From Pseudobdellovibrionaceae bacterium (GTDB taxonomy: Bacteria > Bdellovibrionota > Bdellovibrionia > Bdellovibrionales > UBA1609), in NCBI GenBank assembly GCA_020635075.1, contig JACKAM010000002.1, positions 593,811 through 657,810 of the forward strand: a stretch of DNA of 64,000 nucleotides, given 5' to 3'. Under the pieces are notes generated by a model that worked only from the letters and a program-made list of their open reading frames with translations, did not search any database and was not told where the DNA came from. Of the stretch, positions 1 through 11,110 are shown one piece after another (positions within the stretch are counted from its first letter, which is position 1; each line of letters opens with the position of its first letter). A program made the translations under genes and the position numbers.

Positions 1-1621
<1,621 letters not shown>

Positions 1622-1740
1622 TTATGCTGTGCGTAATAATTTTTGTATGTGGCTAAGATAGCTCAATTAGACTGAGGGATAAAGGGAGAAAAGGGAATGT
1701 TCCAGGTTTTCAGGGGTGAATTTCCCCACCAACAGCGAGC

Positions 1741-2013
1741 TCAGCCTTTGCCAATGAGAATCCAAACACCGACAGCAATGAAAAGACTACCACTCACCCA
1801 CTTGATGGCTCGTGGATCAAGTAATGTACCCAAGTACTTCCCGGCGATGACCCCCAATACCCCGGCCAAGGAGAGGGCCAGGACCACGGCAAGTAAGACA
1901 GAAAGCGTAGATCGGCTTCCGGCTGAGGCCGCCAGTGCTGCAAACTGGGTTTTATCCCCCATTTCAGCCAGAAAGATGGTGGCAAAGGTGGTGGCGAATA
2001 CTTTCCAATCCAT
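1741..2013 (-). CDS. UPF0016 (GDT1/TMEM165) family membrane protein, single-domain 90 aa
   Basis: The track ORF carries the family signature E-x-G-D-K-T (AEMGDKTQF) and is hydrophobic. An AGGAG sits upstream of the ATG. The gene lies 8 nt downstream of the permease stop. Confidence 0.8.
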   Translation of the reverse strand: MDWKVFATTFATIFLAEMGDKTQFAALAASAGSRSTLSVLLAVVLALSLAGVLGVIAGKYLGTLLDPRAIKWVSGSLFIAVGVWILIGKG

Positions 2014-2021
2014 AGAAACTC

Positions 2022-3299
2022 CTACTCACTCTCCTGTCCGTTACCCCTAGCTCTGATTCTGAAGAACCAAAAGGCCAGGGAGGCTAGTGTAAATATAAGC
2101 ACGCCACCAAGGATTGAAGCAACAGGCAGGCTCCAAGCCAAGGTCAGGCAGACTCCCAGACCAAGGTGAGCAAATAGCCTGGGGAACAGTCGCGACTGAG
2201 CTGACAACCTGAGTGCCGACCAGTTGGCAATGGCGTAATAGGTGAGGATCGCAAATGAGCTAAAGCCAATCGCAGACCGTAAATCGGCAAATCCAACAAC
2301 CACCGCCACAATCAGGCCAACAGCAACCTCGGCCCGATGGGGAATCTTGTACTTTGGATGAACAGCGCTAAAGACATGGGGCAAATCCCGATTATAGGAC
2401 ATAGCAAACATGGTTCGACTGATGCCAACAAGAAGTGACAACAAAACGCTCAGGGTTGCAACTGCAGCTCCAACACGAATGAGGGGACTAAGATGTGCGT
2501 AAGCTGTACGCTCAACAGCCAAAGCCAATGGCGCCCCACTGGCAATCAAGTCCTCGATTGGCAGGACAGACAACACAGTGGCTATCACTACTAAATACAG
2601 AACAAGAGTGATCGACAGAGCTGTTATGATTGCCCTGGGAATTGTGACTCTTGGATTGGTGACCTCTTCTCCCAATGTGGCAATTCGCGCATAACCAGCG
2701 AAGGCAAAAAACATAAATGCCGCTGCCTGCAGGATTCCCCCTATCCCGCCCCGCTCGGTCCAATTCATCAGTCGAACCACCTCCGGATTTCCACCCAACC
2801 AGGCGGCACCCACTGTTAATGCCAAAGTGATGAGGACCACGGCCACCATCAGTTTGGTAGCCGTCACCGTCTTTTTGACACCAAAATAATTGAGTGTCGT
2901 CAGGGTTAAAACGGTCAAGACAGCAACCACGTGTGGTGCTGAAGGGAACGCGTAGTGGGCAAACGCCAGGGCCATTGCTGTGCAACTGGCAGTCTTACCA
3001 ATGACAAAGCCAATTCCAGCCAAAAATCCCCAGTAGTGCCCCAATAGGTTGCGACCGTAGACGTAGGTCCCTCCTGATTCAGGATACTGGGCTGCGAGCT
3101 GCGCCATAGTTGTCGCATTCAAAAAAGCCGCAAGCCCCGCCAGCGCAACGGCTAAAATCAGGCCGCCACCAGCTGACACGGCCGCCGGCCCGGCAGCAGC
3201 AAAGATTCCCGCGCCAATCATGGATCCAAGTCCTAAAACAACCGCGTCTTTGGTTCCCAATCCGCGATGCAGCCGAGAGTTCGGGTTTTCTGATGTCAC
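2022..3299 (-). CDS. APC-family amino acid permease
   Basis: 436-aa track ORF, polytopic and hydrophobic, with the GSMIGAGIF motif typical of APC transporters. I moved the start to GTG at 3299 because AGGAGG lies 6 nt upstream. The longest ORF (to 3332) would overlap the upstream LysR gene. Confidence 0.85.
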   Translation of the reverse strand: MTSENPNSRLHRGLGTKDAVVLGLGSMIGAGIFAAAGPAAVSAGGGLILAVALAGLAAFLNATTMAQLAAQYPESGGTYVYGRNLLGHYWGFLAGIGFVIGKTASCTAMALAFAHYAFPSAPHVVAVLTVLTLTTLNYFGVKKTVTATKLMVAVVLITLALTVGAAWLGGNPEVVRLMNWTERGGIGGILQAAAFMFFAFAGYARIATLGEEVTNPRVTIPRAIITALSITLVLYLVVIATVLSVLPIEDLIASGAPLALAVERTAYAHLSPLIRVGAAVATLSVLLSLLVGISRTMFAMSYNRDLPHVFSAVHPKYKIPHRAEVAVGLIVAVVVGFADLRSAIGFSSFAILTYYAIANWSALRLSAQSRLFPRLFAHLGLGVCLTLAWSLPVASILGGVLIFTLASLAFWFFRIRARGNGQESE

Positions 3300-3309
3300 T
3301 CCAAGCCTC

Positions 3310-4119
3310 CTATCCTCCCTTGAGTATCTCAAGGCAGCGATTAAAACGATCCGTTCTGTGATCGGCTCGATAGACTAAGCATAATCGGGCGAGAAAGTAG
3401 CTCTTTCCCACTTGTTTTTTAAGACCGTTTCTCTGTGCCACATCTTCAGGAAGAATTGCCGCACCACCCAGATCCCGCGCCAGGATAGCTGCAAAGTCGT
3501 AGTCCTTGGCCGAAATCAGTCTTACTTCTTTGTTGCCAGGAAAGGTCTTGAGTATCGAGGCTGCAGAGATCAAATCGGGGTTGTACACCACAAAGGGCTC
3601 CGGGCGTGCGGACTCAGAAAAAAGAGCCACCTGTTCCTTTTTTAGATTTTTGATGACCAAATCCGGAAATGGCTGAGGGTTGGCCACAAAAGCGAGGTCC
3701 AATTCGTGGTTAAGAATCATACGCACAATACTGGGCGAGCGATCAAAAATGTATTCCACCTCTAATTGAGCGGAAGACCTTTGCAGCTCAGCTAATCGCT
3801 CTGTAAATTGACAAAGGACCGAATCGTGTCCGCCAACTCTGAGGTAACCCGTCAACTCGTCCGATCGACCAGCCCTTTCGGTTTTGTAACTCTCCCACAA
3901 CTGACCCTGCAGTTGAATCTGTTCATAAAGCCTTTTGCCTTCTTCAGTTGGGACCAAGCCTCGGTTGGAGCGCACAAAGAGCCGGGCCCCCATTTCATCC
4001 TCCAACTTACCCAGGATCTTCGATAGGGCGCCCTGATAGTTGTCTAAACGGTCTGCTGCCTTGGAGAGACTCTTCTCCTCAAAGATAACCAAGTACTTTT
4101 CAAATTCATGGCGCAGCAC
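3310..4119 (-). CDS. LysR-family transcriptional regulator
   Basis: N-terminal HTH (SLSKAADRLDNYQGALSKILGKLEDEMGARLFVR) plus a LysR substrate-binding-like C-terminal domain. Confidence 0.9.
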   Translation of the reverse strand: MLRHEFEKYLVIFEEKSLSKAADRLDNYQGALSKILGKLEDEMGARLFVRSNRGLVPTEEGKRLYEQIQLQGQLWESYKTERAGRSDELTGYLRVGGHDSVLCQFTERLAELQRSSAQLEVEYIFDRSPSIVRMILNHELDLAFVANPQPFPDLVIKNLKKEQVALFSESARPEPFVVYNPDLISAASILKTFPGNKEVRLISAKDYDFAAILARDLGGAAILPEDVAQRNGLKKQVGKSYFLARLCLVYRADHRTDRFNRCLEILKGG

Positions 4120-4239
4120 AAGGGCACTCCTGATATTCCATAGTTACATATCCAATATAATATCTATGCTATTCATGTATATCCAAAACCGGGCTATTCT
4201 GTGTGGGTTGAATGATCTTATTCCTAGGGGAGGAATGAC

Positions 4240-4602
4240 ATGTTAGCTAAGTTGTTAGGTTTTGTTTTAGTTGTAGGTACTCTAAGTGCCTGTGGTTCCG
4301 AGGGATCACATAAGCCGGTAGGTGACAACGGAGGGCAATCGGGAGCCAATCAGCCCGGTACCCCCACCCTGAGTTTTGCCCAGGATATTCTACCCGTCGT
4401 CCAGAATCGCTGTAGCCTTTGCCACTCTGCAGGATCGGGCCTGCCCTTTTGGGAAGACTACGATGTCATCGTGGCCAAGAAAGACCGAGTCCGACACCGG
4501 GTCTTTGTCAGTCAGGATATGCCTCGAGGCAACGCCACCGGCATGACCTTGGAAGAAAGAGATCTTGTCGCCACCTGGATCGACCAAGGGGCCCTACCCT
4601 AA
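4240..4602 (+). CDS. Lipoprotein with a single CXXCH haem-binding motif (planctomycete-type cytochrome c, PSCyt1-like domain)
   Basis: Lipobox LSAC. CSLCH motif followed by MPRGN...L...E...WIDQGA, which resembles the PSCyt1 pattern. Confidence 0.6.
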   Translation: MLAKLLGFVLVVGTLSACGSEGSHKPVGDNGGQSGANQPGTPTLSFAQDILPVVQNRCSLCHSAGSGLPFWEDYDVIVAKKDRVRHRVFVSQDMPRGNATGMTLEERDLVATWIDQGALP

Positions 4603-4658
4603 TTCTATTAACAAAGGCCTCGTTCTCTGGTAGCTCATGGAGCGAGAGCCACCAGAAT

Positions 4659-5066
4659 ATGAGGCATATCACGCGACAAACTTTTAATTTCTTTGGCTGG
4701 TTAGCATTTGGCCTGGGTGTCATCGGTGCTTTTTTGCCCCTTGTGCCCACCACCCCTTTTATGCTTTTGGCGGCTTACTTTTTCTCCAAAGGCTCTCCAC
4801 GGTTCTACAACTGGCTTATCAACCTGAAATATTTTGGCCCGCAGATAAAAGATTGGCGAGAACACGGTGTTATTGGCTCCAAGGCCAAAATCCTCGCCAA
4901 TATCGTTTTGCTCACATTGCTCGTTGGCTACCATTACTTTACCCAACTTCCCATGTGGATAAAAGTGTCAGTTACTGTGGTCTTTGTGGGTATCTTGACC
5001 TTTATCAACACTCGGCCAAGTAAAAAGAAGCCCGACAAAACTGGACAAGATTCAGTAGTTTCCTGA
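4659..5066 (+). CDS. DUF454 (YbaN) family inner-membrane protein
   Basis: An internal ATG at 4659 gives MRHITRQTFNFFGWLAFGLGVIGAFLPLVPTTPF..., the typical YbaN N-terminus. The longer track ORF (from 4419) overlaps the preceding gene in another frame. Confidence 0.75.
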   Translation: MRHITRQTFNFFGWLAFGLGVIGAFLPLVPTTPFMLLAAYFFSKGSPRFYNWLINLKYFGPQIKDWREHGVIGSKAKILANIVLLTLLVGYHYFTQLPMWIKVSVTVVFVGILTFINTRPSKKKPDKTGQDSVVS

Positions 5067-5342
5067 TTTGATTTTCTTTATTAACAGTTTGGCTTCGATC
5101 TTCGTGGCAGAATCTACTTTTCGCCAGTCCTGATTCTCAATGGCACCAATAATTGCGGTAAAGGCATTCAGGTTCAATCTTTCCGGATAGGCCTCGACAT
5201 ATCGAATGCAGACCTCTTCCCAGCCCATGTCGATCATTTCCTCAAGTGACAAAATACCTATTGAGGCAAGCTCATCGGCAGTCACTGGCCCGAGGTTTCT
5301 GGCATCGGCAATCGGAGTCAAAGATTTTCCTTTCATACCCAT
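5052..5342 (-). CDS. Stand-alone TfoX C-terminal (helix-hairpin-helix-like) domain protein
   Basis: NLGPVTADELASIGILSLEEM...NLNAFTAIIGAIENQDW follows the TfoX_C pattern. The gene lies 5 nt downstream of the radical SAM stop, and an AAGGGA overlaps that stop. Confidence 0.65.
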   Translation of the reverse strand: MGMKGKSLTPIADARNLGPVTADELASIGILSLEEMIDMGWEEVCIRYVEAYPERLNLNAFTAIIGAIENQDWRKVDSATKIEAKLLIKKIKSGNY

Positions 5343-5347
5343 ATCCC

Positions 5348-6253
5348 TTACAAATACTCAGGATTGATATTGGGATATTGTCCTTCAGGACACTGGGATA
5401 TCCACTGATCCAGCTGCTGAAGAATCGCCTGTTTATCTCTAGGAAGGGTTCCCGCAAGCGGGAACATATTCGAGACGTGATTGGCGCGAAAAATGATTTG
5501 CCCAGATTTGGGCTCAATTCCCCCAAGAATTTCTCTCATCTCCCCCAACAGAGCCTTGGTTGTGAGAGGTTCAATCTGACCCTTTTCAATGGACCGGGCA
5601 TAGGGTGTTTTTGGTACTGGAGTCGTCGACAAAAAGGAAAAGAACTGGGGGGCCATTTGACTGATGATGACTCCCGTATCCCGACAATGGACCGATGAAA
5701 GCTCTGTCCCACCTAAGCCCAACATCGCAATCACCGAAAGCTTCCACCCTGCTGATTTGATTTTGAGCCCGGCCTCAAGCATCTCTTCCGCTGTGTTGCC
5801 TTTTTTCACCAGTTCCAAAACCTCATCATTCCCCGACTCCATTCCCAGGTAGGCCATATTCAGTCCAAGGTCCGCCAACTGGCGAAGCTCAGCCTCTGAC
5901 TTATCCAGAATATTCTCTGCTGTTGCGTAGATCCCAAAACGACGAATGCCAGGAAAGCTCTTACGAAAATGCTCCAGGACTGGAACCAATACTTCCATGG
6001 GCGCCCCAAGAGCATCCCCATCACAGAGGAACACCTTACCTGACGGCCACATGTGGGCTCCCAGCTGCGCCTTTACCGAATCAATATCGGCCAGAATGTC
6101 ATTCAATGGGCGAACCCGGTACTTTTTGCTCTGGTACATGGCGCAGTAAGTGCATTTATTGTTCGAGCAACCGAGTGTCACCTGCATAAGCAGGCTATAT
6201 GCTTCAGACGGCGGGCGATACACTGGTGGTTCAAGGTTCAAAAGTAAGTTCAT
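5348..6253 (-). CDS. Radical SAM protein with non-canonical CX4CX2C cluster motif
   Basis: GCSNNKCTYCAMY near the N-terminus and a TIM-barrel-like length of 301 aa. The start ATG overlaps the stop of the upstream gene (ATGA at 6250-6253). Confidence 0.8.
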   Translation of the reverse strand: MNLLLNLEPPVYRPPSEAYSLLMQVTLGCSNNKCTYCAMYQSKKYRVRPLNDILADIDSVKAQLGAHMWPSGKVFLCDGDALGAPMEVLVPVLEHFRKSFPGIRRFGIYATAENILDKSEAELRQLADLGLNMAYLGMESGNDEVLELVKKGNTAEEMLEAGLKIKSAGWKLSVIAMLGLGGTELSSVHCRDTGVIISQMAPQFFSFLSTTPVPKTPYARSIEKGQIEPLTTKALLGEMREILGGIEPKSGQIIFRANHVSNMFPLAGTLPRDKQAILQQLDQWISQCPEGQYPNINPEYL

Positions 6254-6960
6254 ACTTTGCCCTTTAGGTACATTTGCCGCTTTCTCTCAGGAAACTTCTC
6301 AATCGCATAACGAAGCATGGTTCGAGGCATCGTCTTACAGTGCTTTTTCAAAAAGGCCTCAAGTCTCTTCACCTCTTTTTTCCCGGCCTCACGCAAGACC
6401 CATCCCACGGCCTTGTGAATCAGATCGTGTTCATCATGAAGGAGAACTTGAGCCAACTTGAAGGCATCGTCCAGATCACCATCTTTCACAAACCAGAGCG
6501 TCGATATGATGGCAACCCGCTTTGTCCATAAGCGCTCTGATTTGGCCCACTGGTAAAGGATCTTTCGATTCCTATTTTCCAAGTGCTGACCAACAATACG
6601 GGGGCAGGTGACATCAACCAGATCCCAGTTATTGATATAATTGAAGTGGTCAACATAGGTCTTGTAAAGACGCTCTCGTTCTTTGTCCGCCGAAGCCTTC
6701 TCGTATTTTTGAACCAAGATAATAAGACCCGCCATTCTCTCTTCGTGGTACTTGGACCTAATGACCCTCTTGGTTTCGGCGAGGCTCAGATCCTTGTACT
6801 CTTTGGCTACTTTCCGGCAGTCCGGCATGGTGATTCCGAGAAAAATATCTCCATAACCATACTCGCCTTTACCAGTCTTAAAAAAACTCTGATTTAGCTG
6901 TGCCCGCTTAAGGCTTGCAAATTGCCTGAGTCTCTTATGGATTTCGATGATGACCTCCAC
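6250..6960 (-). CDS. DNA alkylation repair protein family (AlkD/AlkC-like HEAT-repeat protein)
   Basis: Reads FFKTGKGEYGYGDIFLGI...NNWDLVD...IHKAVGWVLRE. Start set to GTG at 6960 (GGAGA upstream). The longest ORF reaches 7014, directly abutting the divergent MFS gene. Confidence 0.7.
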   Translation of the reverse strand: MEVIIEIHKRLRQFASLKRAQLNQSFFKTGKGEYGYGDIFLGITMPDCRKVAKEYKDLSLAETKRVIRSKYHEERMAGLIILVQKYEKASADKERERLYKTYVDHFNYINNWDLVDVTCPRIVGQHLENRNRKILYQWAKSERLWTKRVAIISTLWFVKDGDLDDAFKLAQVLLHDEHDLIHKAVGWVLREAGKKEVKRLEAFLKKHCKTMPRTMLRYAIEKFPERKRQMYLKGKV

Positions 6961-7019
6961 GAAAATAAATCTCCAGCCCGCCTCGACAATACTGCAACTT
7001 GGGATGATAATCATCCTTG

Positions 7020-8327
7020 ATGATTGACGCGCAAATTGTCAAATGGAGCCGACTTGAAGTCATTTTTTGGAGCTTGATGATTGGCTTGGGAGAGGCCTAC
7101 ATCGGCGCCTATGCCTTGGCTTGTGGCTTTTCCGAGAGATACGCAGGCCTTATAGCAACCATTCCCCTTGGAGCAGCCTCCCTGGCCCAATTGTTTGCTC
7201 CCAAGCTGCTGCGGCTCCTTAAGGGGCGAAGGCAGTTTGTCGTCGGCTGCGCCATTGCCCAGGCGATGACATTATTTCTTATCACAGGCCACGCCATTTT
7301 TGATCGTTCAAGCCCCACTCTATTGATCACCGTCCTCACGCTCTACTGGCTTTTTGGTCTGTCTGCAGGCCCTATATGGAATGCCTGGATCGTATCGATT
7401 ATCCCCAAAGAGCAAAGGGCTCATTTTTTCTCCAAGCGCGGACCCTATCATGAAATTTCGGTTCTCATCGGCCTGGTCATTTGCGGCTTTGCCCTGGATC
7501 GAACTCCAGATGTTCTCCTCGCTTTTTCGGTGACTTTTGTCCTGGCTGGCATCACCCGCCTGGTGTCAGCCTATTCCATGTCGCGTTTACCGGACGAGTC
7601 TTCCGCCGGTGCAATAAGGCTTGAGGCATCTAGTGACTGGGGTGCCTTCATAAAATGGTTGGCACAAAAGAAGGTCATGTGGATGATTCTTCTGATTGGC
7701 TTTCTCAATCTTGGCGTTTCTGTCGGCTCTCCTTTTTTTACACCCTTTATGCTCAAGCGCATGAAGCTCGACTATGATACCTACATGATGTTGATAGCCA
7801 TACCCTTTATTAGCCGAGCTATTGCCTATCAGTACTTCGAGCAAGTTATCCGGCGAGTGGGAGTGAAATCGGCACTCATTCCCTCAATGGTGATCATTGC
7901 ACTTACCCCATTTCTCTGGTCCCAGTTTCCCTATGTTGGAACAATTGTGGTCTTTCAGATTATCGCAGGAATCGCTTGGACAGGATTTGAATACAGTATT
8001 CTGATAAAACAGATTTCTGATTTTGGACAGGCTGAAAGATCAAGAGTTCTTACCTGGACGAACTTTGTCGTCGGGGCATGCAACATCTGTGGTGTGACGA
8101 TAGGATCTCAGTTGCTGGGACGAAGCCCCACTTCGGCAGATTACGCCCGGGTTTTTGAGATCTCCACAATGATGAGGCTCCTCCCCATCCTTGTGGTGTT
8201 CGTCATCGACTGGCAGGTATCTAGCCAATACATTAAACGATTCTATATTCGCTTTGTCGGCATTCGAGCCAACCGCGGCGCCGTCAGTAAACCTATCCTC
8301 TACGTGGATGAGGGAGGAGAGAAGTAA
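7020..8327 (+). CDS. MFS-type transporter
   Basis: About 435 aa with roughly 12 hydrophobic segments. The track ORF starts at TTG 7017. The adjacent ATG at 7020 is preferred. Confidence 0.7.
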   Translation: MIDAQIVKWSRLEVIFWSLMIGLGEAYIGAYALACGFSERYAGLIATIPLGAASLAQLFAPKLLRLLKGRRQFVVGCAIAQAMTLFLITGHAIFDRSSPTLLITVLTLYWLFGLSAGPIWNAWIVSIIPKEQRAHFFSKRGPYHEISVLIGLVICGFALDRTPDVLLAFSVTFVLAGITRLVSAYSMSRLPDESSAGAIRLEASSDWGAFIKWLAQKKVMWMILLIGFLNLGVSVGSPFFTPFMLKRMKLDYDTYMMLIAIPFISRAIAYQYFEQVIRRVGVKSALIPSMVIIALTPFLWSQFPYVGTIVVFQIIAGIAWTGFEYSILIKQISDFGQAERSRVLTWTNFVVGACNICGVTIGSQLLGRSPTSADYARVFEISTMMRLLPILVVFVIDWQVSSQYIKRFYIRFVGIRANRGAVSKPILYVDEGGEK

Positions 8328-8336
8328 AGCCTGCCA

Positions 8337-9560
8337 TTAAGCAGGCGACACATCTTCTGGTGGCGACGGAGGCGGCGTTTTGACCTTGCCCAACTTCTTA
8401 AGCTTGGGCTTTCTTCTCTTACGAGTTCTTTCAGGAATCAAATCCTTCATGGACTCAAGCTTCCCAAAACATAGAAGTTTGTCGTCAGCCTCAAGAACAC
8501 GCTCGGATTTTGGATTTGGTATGACTTTTCCCCCACGATGGAGAGTCAGCACATTGATATCCTTTTCTCTGAGGCCGGATTCAACAAGAGTCTTACCAAT
8601 GTACTCAGAACCACCAGGGATAAAGATCTCACTCACTCCGTATCCGCGACTAACGGTCAACCTTTGTCGAATATCAATCTCAGGGAAATCTACTTTCGCG
8701 GCAATGTAATCAACAATGGCACCGGCCACATCAAGCTTGGTACAGGCCTCAATGCCAGCAAGTCCCGGCGAAGAATTGACCTCCATGATCTGGGGTCCGT
8801 CGTGCCCCTCAAGCATGTCAACACCCGCAATTCCTAAACCCATAATCTGAGCCGCCCGGATAGCTGTTTCCTTATACTCATCACTTAGCTCGACAGCCTC
8901 GGTCGTACCACCACGATGGACGTTACTGCGAAACTCCTGGCCTTGGGCCACACGCCTCATCGCTGCAACCACCCGGTCACCAACAACAATGGCACGAATG
9001 TCTTTGCCTTTGCTTTCGGCAACAAATTTTTGAATGAGAATGTTCTGTTTTTGGCTTTGCAGAAGCTCAATGATCGATGTAGCCACTTCCTGAGTATGGG
9101 CCAAAAGAACACCAATTCCTTGGGTTCCCTCAATAAGCTTGATGATAATCGGCACCCCACCCACCCGGGCAATTGCGGGCAGGACATCTTTTTTATCGCG
9201 CACAAAAGCGGTTTGCGGAATGCCAATTTTGTGTTTACTAAGAATTTGTAAACTTCTTAATTTATCGCGGGAATTCAAAATTCCATCAGCTGAGTTCGCG
9301 CAAAAAACACCCATCTGCTGAAACTGCCGTGTCACTGCAGTTCCATAGTAGGTGATTGAGGCCCCAATTCGCGGGAGGACAGCATCGTAATGGCTTAAGC
9401 GTCGTTGCCCATAAAACAAATCTGGGTCTTCTTCTTCCAAATCGATGGCAAACTTCAAGGTATTAAGTACGCGAACTTGATGACCTCGGCTCTCACAGGC
9501 CTCTTTCAATCGCCTTGTACTATAGGTATTCGGTTCCCGCGATAGAATCGCCAGCTTCAT
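8337..9560 (-). CDS. rimK: RimK-type ATP-grasp alpha-L-glutamate ligase fused to a C-terminal TrkA_C (RCK_C)-like domain and a Lys/Pro-rich tail
   Basis: N-terminal 300 aa: MKLAILSREPNTYSTRRL...GVLL...EVNSSPG. Residues ~305-380 (IGKTLVESGLREKDINVLTLHRGGKVIPNP...LEADDKLLCFG) follow the TrkA_C pattern. Confidence 0.8.
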   Translation of the reverse strand: MKLAILSREPNTYSTRRLKEACESRGHQVRVLNTLKFAIDLEEEDPDLFYGQRRLSHYDAVLPRIGASITYYGTAVTRQFQQMGVFCANSADGILNSRDKLRSLQILSKHKIGIPQTAFVRDKKDVLPAIARVGGVPIIIKLIEGTQGIGVLLAHTQEVATSIIELLQSQKQNILIQKFVAESKGKDIRAIVVGDRVVAAMRRVAQGQEFRSNVHRGGTTEAVELSDEYKETAIRAAQIMGLGIAGVDMLEGHDGPQIMEVNSSPGLAGIEACTKLDVAGAIVDYIAAKVDFPEIDIRQRLTVSRGYGVSEIFIPGGSEYIGKTLVESGLREKDINVLTLHRGGKVIPNPKSERVLEADDKLLCFGKLESMKDLIPERTRKRRKPKLKKLGKVKTPPPSPPEDVSPA

Positions 9561-9687
9561 TTATCCTCCACGGCATGCAGAAATGTTCGATGTTCGCCCT
9601 GACCGCCCCAAAAATCGGGCCCGGTGATGATCGACCTAGGCATTGATCTTCCTATAGCGTCGGCACATAATCAAACGATCCCGCTAT

Positions 9688-10140
9688 ATGTCACGAAAGG
9701 ACCCCCATTTTATGTCCGCGACCCCGTTTTCTTATTCCCTGACTATCCGCGAAGCCCATTTGGACACCTTTGGACATGTAAATAACGCCACTTATTTGAG
9801 CCTCTTCGAAGAAGCCAGGTGGGAACTTGTTACACAAAGAGGCTATGGTCTGGATCAGGTCAGAAGCCGTCAGCATGGCCCGATTATTCTGGATGTCCAC
9901 CTGGAGTTTCGCAAGGAACTTAAGCTCCGGGAGAAGGTTTTGATCACCACCAAACTCCTGCATTACGAAAAAAGGGTCGGGCAGCTCTATCAGGAGATTG
10001 TTGCCGAAAGCAGTCCTGACTTAGTTTTTGCCAAGGCCACTTTTACCTTTGGCCTTTTTGACCTTAAGGCCCGCCGTCTCATCCCGCCAACCGATGCCTG
10101 GCTGTATGCCATTGGGGCAAAAGACTCCCTTTTAAAATGA
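9688..10140 (+). CDS. 4HBT/YbgC-type acyl-CoA thioesterase
   Basis: IREAHLDTFGHVNNATYLSLFEEARWE is the hot-dog thioesterase signature. An alternative start lies at ATG 9712. Confidence 0.8.
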   Translation: MSRKDPHFMSATPFSYSLTIREAHLDTFGHVNNATYLSLFEEARWELVTQRGYGLDQVRSRQHGPIILDVHLEFRKELKLREKVLITTKLLHYEKRVGQLYQEIVAESSPDLVFAKATFTFGLFDLKARRLIPPTDAWLYAIGAKDSLLK

Positions 10141-10683
10141 GGAGTTGGGGCCCTTGAGAAAATCCACTTCTTCGGGTGTGGATTCACGACCCAAAATTTG
10201 ATTACGGTGTGGGTAGCGTCCGAAGCGATCTATGATCGCCTTGTGTTTTAGCTCATAGTCCAGGCCGCCCTCCAAGCCCGGCTGACTAAAGAGCTTCACC
10301 GCCTCTTCATGAGCCTTGGGGTCCTCACTATGCATATAGGGCATATAGAGAAAATACCGCCGTCCAACTGGTAACAGATGGTCTTCTTTTGCCTCCACTG
10401 CCTGTTTTGCGCACTCAAGAGCCAGAATATCATAGGCAAATGCCTCAGGCGTGTCCCGGAACATGTTTCGCGAAAACTGATCAAGGACAATGACTTCTGC
10501 CAACCGCCCCACAGGTGACCGCCGCCAACCCATCAAGCTTTTCTGAGCCGCAGCCCGATGGACCTGGAGGAAGCGATTTTTGATCAAGTCATCAAGCTTT
10601 GGATCTTTGGTCCACCACTGTTTAGGACTAAGCTCCTCAAACCAAAAACTTAAAACCAAATTTAGATCGAACTCTTCACCCAT
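10132..10683 (-). CDS. DUF924 family protein
   Basis: FWF...WW.KD...D..I...F and DQFSRNMFR motifs. The start overlaps the PhnA stop (TAATG). Confidence 0.75.
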   Translation of the reverse strand: MGEEFDLNLVLSFWFEELSPKQWWTKDPKLDDLIKNRFLQVHRAAAQKSLMGWRRSPVGRLAEVIVLDQFSRNMFRDTPEAFAYDILALECAKQAVEAKEDHLLPVGRRYFLYMPYMHSEDPKAHEEAVKLFSQPGLEGGLDYELKHKAIIDRFGRYPHRNQILGRESTPEEVDFLKGPNSSF

Positions 10684-11030
10684 TAATCAGTTACCTTTTT
10701 CACAAACTGAGACTTCAGCTGCATATCACCAATACCCTTGATCTTGCAGTCGATATCATGGTCCCCATCGACCAGTCGAATTCCTTTGACCTTAGTTCCG
10801 ACTTTGACCACTAAAGAGGAACCTTTGACTTTCAGGTCCTTGATGACGGTAACCGTATCTCCATCTTGAAGAACATTGCCATGGGCATCCTTAACAACCT
10901 TCTCCTCTGAAACCTCTTCTGCTACGACCTGATCCGACCACTCATGACCGCATTCAGGACAAACAAAGAGTTCTCGGTCCAGGTAGGTGTACTCCGAATG
11001 ACACTTGGGGCAATTTGGCAATTCACTCAT
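10683..11030 (-). CDS. phnA: PhnA/YjdM zinc-ribbon protein
   Basis: [25 protein letters not shown] followed by the C-terminal SH3-like KVKG...IDCKI. Confidence 0.9.
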   Translation of the reverse strand: MSELPNCPKCHSEYTYLDRELFVCPECGHEWSDQVVAEEVSEEKVVKDAHGNVLQDGDTVTVIKDLKVKGSSLVVKVGTKVKGIRLVDGDHDIDCKIKGIGDMQLKSQFVKKVTD

Positions 11031-11110
11031 TGGCTATGGCTCCTTTTCTACAATTCATATATGCTGGCGAGGTTTCTGTCTAGGCTCGGGCGTTAATTGG
11101 ACTTGGGGAG

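Noticed and set aside
2512-2985. 157-aa ORF in an alternative frame of the same (minus) strand, nested within the APC permease gene. Similar nested ORFs are at 24553-24996, 36506-37455, 41154-41877 and 62643-63038.
   Set aside because: All lie inside well-supported genes, either in another frame of the coding strand or on the opposite strand. They have biased composition (Arg/Gly/Pro-rich) and lack start signals. These are typical shadow ORFs.
4419-4658. N-terminal 80 codons of the 215-aa track ORF.
   Set aside because: Arg/Pro-rich nonsense that overlaps the cytochrome-c-like gene in another frame. The YbaN-like sequence starts at the internal ATG at 4659.
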